Source: Nitrospirota bacterium (GTDB lineage Bacteria > Nitrospirota > Thermodesulfovibrionia > Thermodesulfovibrionales > UBA9159). From it: a stretch of 64,000 bases of DNA. The notes under the pieces were generated by a model, which made no database searches, had not been told where the DNA came from, and saw only the letters and a list, made by a program, of their open reading frames with translations. This document shows, one piece after another, positions 56,604 to 63,419 of the stretch. Position numbers and translations under genes: made by a program. Location: NCBI GenBank assembly GCA_963699545.1, contig CAVOUE010000011.1:11494-75493 (forward strand), in the 5' to 3' direction. Each line of letters starts with the position of its first letter. The stretch's first letter is position 1.

Positions 56604-57146
56604 TCAGACGATAACCACTGAGTCGTCGCATCCATACGGATTCTGTTCATACTTATCGGCACACCAATCATTCTCCCAGCGATCGCCATCAATGAGATAC
56701 CGGAACCTGTATTCTTTCCCTGCCGGCAGTTCAAGGGTTGCTTCGAAGTCGCCGCTTCTAAGCTTCTTCATCGGCGATGCTTCGCTATCCCATTTGTTGA
56801 AATCTCCTACAACCGTAACCTTTCTGGCCTGACCCACCGCATCTTTCGGCAGTCTGAACGTTATCCTGCAAGAGAGACTGGATGCCGGGTACTCCTCTTG
56901 AACGCCTCCGATTTCCTCCGTTGAATTTTTCCGGACCGTGAGCGGCCTCGCCGTCTCTTCTGCAGCCTGTCCCTTTCCTGCTCCCTCTTGCGTACCGTGC
57001 CTCTCCGTCACTTCAGCGCGAGAACTCAGTTTAGATGTCTTGGCCTTCATGGGCGCTTTCGATCCTTTCTTCGCCGTCTTCTCACCAGGGACCACAGACT
57101 CCGGTGCTTTCTTCCTTACTGCTCCTTTGGATTCTCTCATCGTCAT
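56604..57146 (-). CDS. CBM48 (isoamylase early set / glycogen-binding) protein with Lys-rich N-terminus
   Basis: VTVVGDFNKWD..M..F.ATLEL..EYRFRYLIDGDRWENDWCAD. Confidence 0.82.
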   Translation of the reverse strand: MTMRESKGAVRKKAPESVVPGEKTAKKGSKAPMKAKTSKLSSRAEVTERHGTQEGAGKGQAAEETARPLTVRKNSTEEIGGVQEEYPASSLSCRITFRLPKDAVGQARKVTVVGDFNKWDSEASPMKKLRSGDFEATLELPAGKEYRFRYLIDGDRWENDWCADKYEQNPYGCDDSVVIV

Positions 57147-57183
57147 ATCACTCCCTCCTCAAGCATTCTTTCTCCTTCCCCTA

Positions 57184-57438
57184 TCATTTTGGACCGGGAA
57201 ACGAGTTAACAAACCTGATCGTGAAATCACTGAACGCGTCGACCATCTGGATTCTGTAGTCCGGAAACTCATCCACAACCTGCCAAAGACCCTGGCCATT
57301 CGGCAAGGACGCTACTTCCTGCACGTCCAAATCCGCCATCGAATCGACTACTTCCACACGGTAATGAGGGAACCTGTCCACATACTGAATCCTGCCATAC
57401 ACTTTGCTTAGATCAGGTTTCCCCACTGTGCTGGTCAT
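57184..57438 (-). CDS. Small 11-residue repeat protein
   Basis: Six V(D/N/A)xxxD-type repeats (IQYVDRFPH, VEVVDSMAD, WQVVDEFPD, IQMVDAFSD, IRFVNSFPG); SD AAGGAG. Confidence 0.75.
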   Translation of the reverse strand: MTSTVGKPDLSKVYGRIQYVDRFPHYRVEVVDSMADLDVQEVASLPNGQGLWQVVDEFPDYRIQMVDAFSDFTIRFVNSFPGPK

Positions 57439-57513
57439 CTCCTTAATCTCATCACACCTTTTGGTCCGATGATAACGCCCGCCTTGACCGCTCCTACCAC
57501 CTTTCCAGCCCCT

Positions 57514-58020
57514 TTATCTGCCGCAATGCATATAGTCGCTGTCCTTCCTTGAATTGTGACAGGCTATGCATGCATCAGCCTTGCCTGATTCCAGCACATA
57601 CCCGGAATTGGCAGCATACTTGGCCCAAAACCAGTCGCCGGCCTCAGGGTTATACCCCTTTATCTTGTACATCACGGTGCAGGAGTCAAGTTTTTTGTCT
57701 GCCGTATAATTCTCACTGACGATTATTGAACCATCCGCCATTCCCTCCGGTTTCTTGATTGATTTTAAGGCTGCATCGTTCAGATAGATGGTCATGAACG
57801 AGCCGTGAGGTCTTTCACTCGCCAGGAACTCGCCTGTTCCCGGGCAACGGTTCCACTTCTCATAATAGGGCGCCGGCTTGGTTATATATACGTAGAGTTT
57901 TCCAGCGTCATCACCTGAGACAACGGGTGCAGTTCCCCCCAATTCATGAATAGCATATGCGACATATCCACAACCAAGCACGACACCCACAACAAGAACC
58001 GCCATTACTAATTTCCTCAT
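57514..58020 (-). CDS. Cytochrome P460-family c-type cytochrome
   Basis: Signal peptide, PHG..IYLN, DGSIIVSENY, VMYK..GYNPEAGDWFWAKY, C-terminal CIACH. Confidence 0.82.
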   Translation of the reverse strand: MRKLVMAVLVVGVVLGCGYVAYAIHELGGTAPVVSGDDAGKLYVYITKPAPYYEKWNRCPGTGEFLASERPHGSFMTIYLNDAALKSIKKPEGMADGSIIVSENYTADKKLDSCTVMYKIKGYNPEAGDWFWAKYAANSGYVLESGKADACIACHNSRKDSDYMHCGR

Positions 58021-58103
58021 GGTTATCTCCCTTCCTGCTGAGTATTTCAGCCGCTCATGCCGGTAAAAGGCTGGTGACTGTAGTTTCATTTTAGCGTTCA
58101 ATT

Positions 58104-58153
58104 GTTACAGGAATATGTTCGAACTATTAAAGGAGCGTTAAATTGTGGTCAAA
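58104..58153 (-). promoter_or_regulatory. Pho-box-like promoter
   Basis: GTTACA 58104, ATTAAA 58126, GTTAAA 58137, GTCAAA 58148 in 11-bp phase; -10 TAAAAT 10 nt after the last box. Confidence 0.65.
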
Positions 58154-58249
58154 ATCATCGATCCCGAGATGGTCAACACTTCCGGAAGCCTTTGGGACTC
58201 AAGTGTTGCGGATCCCACCGGGCCTGAGTAACTGAAGGGTGAAACCCCG

Positions 58250-58996
58250 TCAGACGAGATGTGCTGAAAGCCACGATGCGACCTGCCGGTAGTCTTCCGC
58301 GCCATTCGACCTTGGAGCAAAAAGTATCACCGGCTTTCCACGTCCGGGAGCTTCTGTCAGCGCCACATTCTCACGCACTGCAGGAGAAACTTTATGAGGG
58401 AAGAGCTTTTCCAGTTGTTCCATCATTGCCTGATGGACATTGCGTCTGGGATGAGCCCGGCACGGTATTACTGCGCCCAGCTTGAGGCCAGGATGATGCC
58501 TCCCCACTGATGATATTGTCTCCAGCATTTGAGTAAGACCGCTCATCGCCAGGAAGCTCGCTTCAACCGGAATGATCACATGATTGCTCGCCCACAGGGC
58601 AGTCATGGTGAGGATCCCCAGGCTGGGAGGACAATCGATGATCACTCTACTCCAGTCAAAACCATGCATCTGTTTCAGGCAACGGAGCAGCAGTTCATTT
58701 CCTATTGTTCCCGTAAATCTCTGTCTCGCAGCCACAAAGTGAGGCCCGGACGGAACCAGATCCACACCATTGGCCTCAGTGTGCAGCACAGGCAATGCAA
58801 CTGTCTTTTGCAACGCCTGTAAGAGGTCATTCCCATCACTCTGGATACCAAAAGACATGCTCGCACTGCCCTGAGGATCGAGATCGACAAGAAGGACCTT
58901 TTCCCCTGCCTCTCCCCAGCATGCAGCAATATTCACCGCCGATGTTGTCTTCCCGACACCGCCCTTGAGGTTTGCAACCGAGATTATCTGGACCAA
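58250..58996 (-). CDS. Orphan ParA/Soj-family ATPase
   Basis: NLKGGVGKTT, VDLDPQG, IDCPPSLG, RENVALTEAP; no parB nearby. Confidence 0.88.
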   Translation of the reverse strand: MVQIISVANLKGGVGKTTSAVNIAACWGEAGEKVLLVDLDPQGSASMSFGIQSDGNDLLQALQKTVALPVLHTEANGVDLVPSGPHFVAARQRFTGTIGNELLLRCLKQMHGFDWSRVIIDCPPSLGILTMTALWASNHVIIPVEASFLAMSGLTQMLETISSVGRHHPGLKLGAVIPCRAHPRRNVHQAMMEQLEKLFPHKVSPAVRENVALTEAPGRGKPVILFAPRSNGAEDYRQVASWLSAHLV

Positions 58997-59211
58997 TACG
59001 CGCCCTTCCTTATCGAATCCCTTACATTGCGGCTGACGAGGACGACCAGGTAATCTTTGATCCTGGCTCCTTCCCTGATGGCGCAATAGAAGGTCTCATA
59101 AACGCTTCTTATCTCCTCCTCCGGCATGCCAAGGTCCTTCGCAAGCATCCGGATAGCTTGAGAATGTTGCCTCAGTTCCGTATCATTTTCGTATGGACAC
59201 GCAGTTGCCAT
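58984..59211 (-). CDS. Small helical protein, DUF3562-like
   Basis: AI..LA..G....V.......L..GARIKDYL.VL..R pattern; SD GAGG. Confidence 0.6.
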   Translation of the reverse strand: MATACPYENDTELRQHSQAIRMLAKDLGMPEEEIRSVYETFYCAIREGARIKDYLVVLVSRNVRDSIRKGAYWSR

Positions 59212-59536
59212 GATTTCCTCGTGCCTTTTTTACCGTTCTCCTCTTTGGGCATAAGAGTTCTCTTTTCCCATGCTTCTCACCAGGCCCTGTCGGTTGCCTC
59301 GATTCAAGTGTATCATCAAAAGCAGGAGCACGCGCCTTTTTTTTCATTACTTGCCTATAGTTTTATGCGATGTGCCGCCACTCCGAACAGACGGGGAACA
59401 TAGCAGCGGAATATGCCAGGAATGGTATATGATCAGAATATATCTATGGACAGATCGTGGTGGATATGGATCCTTCTCCCACAAAGGTCACTTATGCTGC
59501 GGACATTCGACAGGGAGCATTCATACGGATATCTCT

Positions 59537-59704
59537 CTATCCCAAAAGTCGCCTGTCCCTCACAATGCACGATCTTCTGCACAATGCCGCCTCTTTCTTG
59601 GCCTGCTTTTTCAGCTCCGTGGCAACTGCATTAATCCCTATGACCGTGAAAAGTATACGGGCAACAATGAGTATTGCTTTCTTCTTAAGGTTCATCTTGA
59701 ACAT
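59537..59704 (-). CDS. Putative 55-aa micro-protein with hydrophobic segment (not in ORF track)
   Basis: MFKMNLKKKAILIVARILFTVIGINAVATELKKQAKKEAALCRRSCIVRDRRLLG. Confidence 0.4.
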   Translation of the reverse strand: MFKMNLKKKAILIVARILFTVIGINAVATELKKQAKKEAALCRRSCIVRDRRLLG

Positions 59705-59730
59705 GCCACGTTACCTTAATGAGGGTCCTG

Positions 59731-59898
59731 TCAAGTCTTTGGGAACTCTTTCTGGTAACAGCTCATGCAACTCTCATCATTCGAGGGAATGCACTTGTGC
59801 CCTCTGTAACAATGACAGAATGCCTTCTTGTTATTGATGCGTTTGAAAACCCACATTTCATATCGCTTTTGCTGTTCTGTTAAGGCTTTGAGTGCCAT
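59731..59898 (-). CDS. 55-aa Cys-rich micro-protein (not in ORF track)
   Basis: MALKALTEQQKRYEMWVFKRINNKKAFCHCYRGHKCIPSNDESCMSCYQKEFPKT; SD GGAGG; Pho-like promoter upstream. Confidence 0.65.
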   Translation of the reverse strand: MALKALTEQQKRYEMWVFKRINNKKAFCHCYRGHKCIPSNDESCMSCYQKEFPKT

Positions 59899-59948
59899 TT
59901 CTTTCGCCTCCGTTTACGATGTACTGGTTTCCAGTGTATATCAGGGAC

Positions 59949-59988
59949 GTTGCAACGTAATGAAGATACCTGTTAAGAGTCTGTGAAA
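59949..59988 (-). promoter_or_regulatory. Pho-box-like promoter (degenerate)
   Basis: GTTGCA 59949, ATGAAG 59960, GTTAAG 59972, GTGAAA 59983; -10 TACACT 10 nt after the last box. Confidence 0.5.
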
Positions 59989-60065
59989 TATAGAGCCAAA
60001 AAAAAGGATAAGACATAAAAGATTATAACGGGAGAGATAGGAGGAGGAAGCCGCCAGACTCCCCG

Positions 60066-60437
60066 CTATATCAGGAGTGTGATCAATGACAGCGCCGACC
60101 CTTCGAGTGCGCTCTCCACAAAGGTCCCGAAGATTGCCTTTCCGATGAGGCTGCCTGCCCGCGAAGCGGCCGTCTGGATATACTGGTCATTTGTCAGCGC
60201 TTTTGAAGTGTCAAAGTACCCTTTTCTCTGGAGAGTATTGACAATATCCTTGTCGTCCGCAGTCTTGGGGTTGTAGTTGATAAGTATACTCCCGGTCGTG
60301 AGATTTATGTCCACCGTTGCGATGCCATGTATTGTGCTCAAGATCTTTCTGATCTCATCCGCAACTTCTTTATTCCTCTTGACAACAGGGGTTTTCACCC
60401 TTAGCCTTCCCGGCACATTGTGGACGTAATAACTCAT
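60066..60437 (-). CDS. HMA2-like domain protein
   Basis: YVHNVPGRLRVK..GIATVDINLTTGSILINYNP. Confidence 0.8.
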   Translation of the reverse strand: MSYYVHNVPGRLRVKTPVVKRNKEVADEIRKILSTIHGIATVDINLTTGSILINYNPKTADDKDIVNTLQRKGYFDTSKALTNDQYIQTAASRAGSLIGKAIFGTFVESALEGSALSLITLLI

Positions 60438-60438
60438 G

Positions 60439-60765
60439 TTATTCCTCCTTCATTACGTATTTCTTAAATGTCCTGCATGCCGGATAGCCCGAGCATCGGA
60501 AACGGATGATGTAACCTTCTATCTTATAGAGGTTCATGGGCTTCCCGCATTGCGGACAGACCGGCTTGTCTTTCACGGTAGCCCTCTTGGGACTTCCCGT
60601 AAATTGCATGCCGCACATCATGCAGAGAAACCTTTGCTTTCCTGCCCCTGTCCTTCCATACTTATAGGCAGCATCAGAACCGCAGGAAGGACATTTGATC
60701 TCCGCATCTGTAATTACCGTTTGCGTCATCAATCCGTTCTCGTGACCCAAAGAGTGTTCAGTCAC
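60439..60765 (-). CDS. Double zinc-ribbon protein (IS1 InsA-like ribbon plus topoisomerase-type C4 finger)
   Basis: CPSCGS..YKYGRT..GKQRFLCMMCG then CPQCGKPM..RCSGYPACR. Confidence 0.75.
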   Translation of the reverse strand: MTEHSLGHENGLMTQTVITDAEIKCPSCGSDAAYKYGRTGAGKQRFLCMMCGMQFTGSPKRATVKDKPVCPQCGKPMNLYKIEGYIIRFRCSGYPACRTFKKYVMKEE

Positions 60766-60789
60766 GCCTCATAAGAGAGACTGAGCATT

Positions 60790-61005
60790 CTAAAGTGTCC
60801 CTAAGACAGAATCAGGGCCTGATATCGAGAGGGCCACGGTTCGCAGTAAGCGCACATAATATGAACATGCCTCATGGTGCCTGCCCATACAGAGCCGTAT
60901 GTCCGCATCTTCCATGAACCGGACGAACGTGCTGGCCACGCTGCACTGAGCCCCCTCAGGACTTCCCTTGAGAAATTGACAGACCGCTCCACTCTTCAGG
61001 TGCAT
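60790..61005 (-). CDS. 4-Cys micro-protein, copy 4
   Basis: C-x11-C-x17-C-x7-CSYY; SD AGGAG. Confidence 0.72.
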   Translation of the reverse strand: MHLKSGAVCQFLKGSPEGAQCSVASTFVRFMEDADIRLCMGRHHEACSYYVRLLRTVALSISGPDSVLGTL

Positions 61006-61037
61006 GTTTATTCTCCTGAATGAAGCATACACCTGTT

Positions 61038-61090
61038 CCGTTACAGTTTTGTTACAACCATGTTAAATGTTTGTAACAAAACTGTAACGG
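61038..61090. promoter_or_regulatory. Pho boxes arranged as a perfect 20-bp inverted repeat
   Basis: CCGTTACAGTTTTGTTACAA / TTGTAACAAAACTGTAACGG; -10 TATGCT 10 nt downstream on the minus strand. Confidence 0.75.
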
Positions 61091-61154
61091 CGGCCCACGA
61101 TGCTTTTGGGCCGCCTCAGGATGTTTCTAACGGAGCCGGTAATGCGCGGCTAAC

Positions 61155-61322
61155 CTATACAACTCCTTCAAAGGCAATGCCGGCCGAGACGAAGAATTGG
61201 GCGATAAAGACCGGACATTTCTCCCATTCTCCCCGTTGGCAGGTCCTCTTGTCCGCACAGTGTATTCTGTCCGGCTCGATCCCAGCGAAGTCACAGATCT
61301 GATCCTTCAAACTTGGACACAT
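61155..61322 (-). CDS. 4-Cys micro-protein, copy 5
   Basis: C-x7-C-x17-C-x7-CPVF (one extra Cys within x17); SD AAGGAGGT. Confidence 0.75.
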   Translation of the reverse strand: MCPSLKDQICDFAGIEPDRIHCADKRTCQRGEWEKCPVFIAQFFVSAGIAFEGVV

Positions 61323-61395
61323 TTCGTTACCTCCTTTCAAAAGAGGAATTTATCCTTCCGCCTTCCTCATGTTCAATCAGTGCCCAGCAGCCAAT

Positions 61396-61776
61396 TCAAA
61401 CCTCCAGGTACCGTGCAACCTTTTTTCTCAAATCAAAAATATCTCCCTTGGCGATGTACCCCTTGACACCGTGTTCAGCCACGGCCCGCCGCAGACTGTC
61501 CTCATCGTTGGATGAATAGAAGACGATGGGGATGTCCCTGGTTTTTCCGTTCGAAAGGAGCACTTTCGAAAGCCTTCCCCCCGAGAGGCCGGGCATGTTC
61601 ATATCAAGCAAAATAAGGTCCGGCTGCACCTCTCTCACCACATTGGTGACCCCGAAGCCGAAATGATGCATGCGCACTTCATATCCCATCTCCTCCAGGA
61701 GATCCTTCGCGGTGAGAAGATGTTTCATGTCGTCATCCACAACGAGTATCATTTTCTTCTCTCTCTTGCGTTCCAT
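61396..61776 (-). CDS. Single-domain response regulator (receiver only)
   Basis: ILVVDDD, PDLILLDMNMPG, YSS, YIAK. Confidence 0.9.
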   Translation of the reverse strand: MERKREKKMILVVDDDMKHLLTAKDLLEEMGYEVRMHHFGFGVTNVVREVQPDLILLDMNMPGLSGGRLSKVLLSNGKTRDIPIVFYSSNDEDSLRRAVAEHGVKGYIAKGDIFDLRKKVARYLEV

Positions 61777-61781
61777 GCTGT

Positions 61782-62963
61782 TTATCTTCCTTTTGTCGTA
61801 TGCTCCACCGGTAAAAAGACCGAGAACTTCGTTCCCTCGCCGAACGTGCTCGAGACAGTAATCTCACCTCCCAAGATGCGCAGCAGGTTCTGGGTGATGG
61901 TCAATCCGAGCCCCGTCCCTTCATGCCTTTTGGTCATTGTGTCCTCCAGCTGGCTGAAGGCGAGGAACAATTTGTCCATCTCGTTTTCCCTTATTCCCGC
62001 ACCCGTGTCGGTCACCTCAATCTTGACCCTTTTCCCTTCGCTGCCGAGAGATATGACAATCTTGCCCCTTTCGGTAAATTTCGCTGCGTTGCTCATGAGG
62101 TTGGTCAATATCTGTCGCACCTTAACGGGATCGGACACCATGAATACAGGCTCAATATGCGAGACCACCTCTACATTCACAGGCTTGTTTCCAACGAGGA
62201 CACGGGTCGTCTCACCCACTTCATTGAGGATCGTCAATACATTGAACCGCTCGACGATGACCTCCATCTTGCCCGCTTCGATCTTTGAAAGATCGAGAAT
62301 GTTCGTGACGATGGCCCTGAGGTTGGTCGCGCTGGACATGAGGAGCGCGAGGCGGTCTTTCAGCTGCTCCATGTATCCCTTTTCTGATGACAGTTGTATA
62401 AGCTCTGCCAATCCTATAATGGCGTTCACAGGGGATCTGAGTTCATGGGTGACATGCGCAATAAACTGGGACTTCATCTGGCTCATCCTCTCGAGCTCTT
62501 TCGCTTTCGCATGGACCACTTCCTTCTGAATAATACTGTTCGCGAGCACGCTGCTTTGCTGTATGACCATCTGCTTCACCGAAAGAAGGCCGGTATATGC
62601 GCCGGAGTCTTTCACCACGATGATGTCATCATAAATATCCTGCGGAGCTCGCTCCAGTGCCTTGTCTATGGCCACGTCGAGTCTTTCATCCTCGTGCATC
62701 ACCAGCGGGGCGGTATCAGCTATGCTGATGATCGGCTTCCTCCCGTAAAGCTCAAATCCGTACCTCCTTAATACGGTGAAGAAGAACTTCGGTCTGGTCA
62801 CGATTCCCACGGGGCTTTGACCTTCGAGGAGCGCAATGGCATCGAGTTCCGTAGACCTGAAGAACCTGTCTACCACCTCTTTGACGAGGATATCCGGCTG
62901 CAGGCTCTCGCGTGATGTAATGAGTTCCCCCACTCGGGGCGATTCGACGCAAAGGGAATCCAT
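61782..62963 (-). CDS. Cytoplasmic histidine kinase with N-terminal tandem CBS domains
   Basis: CBS-like PVGIVTR / YDDIIVV..YTGLLSV; THELRSP, NAAKFT, DTGAGI, GTGLGL; no TM segment. Confidence 0.85.
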   Translation of the reverse strand: MDSLCVESPRVGELITSRESLQPDILVKEVVDRFFRSTELDAIALLEGQSPVGIVTRPKFFFTVLRRYGFELYGRKPIISIADTAPLVMHEDERLDVAIDKALERAPQDIYDDIIVVKDSGAYTGLLSVKQMVIQQSSVLANSIIQKEVVHAKAKELERMSQMKSQFIAHVTHELRSPVNAIIGLAELIQLSSEKGYMEQLKDRLALLMSSATNLRAIVTNILDLSKIEAGKMEVIVERFNVLTILNEVGETTRVLVGNKPVNVEVVSHIEPVFMVSDPVKVRQILTNLMSNAAKFTERGKIVISLGSEGKRVKIEVTDTGAGIRENEMDKLFLAFSQLEDTMTKRHEGTGLGLTITQNLLRILGGEITVSSTFGEGTKFSVFLPVEHTTKGR

Positions 62964-62977
62964 TGCTAGTCTTCCTT

Positions 62978-63154
62978 TCAGACAATCCGGCATGCGGCGG
63001 TCTCAGGTGCATTGCCGTTGAATTCAGTAATCTTGTTCAAATACTCGCTACTCATTTTGATCTCTTCCACAATGTGGATATCACTCAGATCGCCTTCTTT
63101 CCCGTAGATGCGGATGACGTACGCATCATCAGATACATCAATAATCGCTTTCAT
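62978..63154 (-). CDS. 58-aa hypothetical protein (not in ORF track)
   Basis: MKAIIDVSDDAYVIRIYGKEGDLSDIHIVEEIK...; SD AAGGAGGT; first gene after a Pho-like promoter. Confidence 0.65.
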   Translation of the reverse strand: MKAIIDVSDDAYVIRIYGKEGDLSDIHIVEEIKMSSEYLNKITEFNGNAPETAACRIV

Positions 63155-63216
63155 CGCGGTTACCTCCTTGTCTTGCCTTTGAAATATCTTTCTGTCTGGT
63201 ACTGTAGCCGGAAAAT

Positions 63217-63244
63217 GTTACATGGTTATGAAAGCGAGGTTACG
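63217..63244 (-). promoter_or_regulatory. Pho-box-like promoter
   Basis: GTTACA 63217, ATGAAA 63228, GTTACG 63239; -10 TACAGT 10 nt after the last box. Confidence 0.65.
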
Positions 63245-63369
63245 TTTTGACCGTACCTTGTCCTTTCAAGCTCGTTACTCTCTTTTCCCGGAGCACCTGA
63301 CGGTCTTCGTTTCCTAGCAGTTGCCATATGCATCTTTTCACTGAGGGAAGAAATTGAAATTAACGGACA

Positions 63370-63413
63370 AATAATCTCACTGTAATATCAGTGTAATAAT
63401 TCTGTGGTACAAC
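63370..63413 (+). promoter_or_regulatory. Pho-box-like promoter of dedA
   Basis: TGTAAT at 63381 and 63392 (11-bp period), TACAAC 10 nt later. Confidence 0.6.
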
Positions 63414-63419
63414 CTTTTC

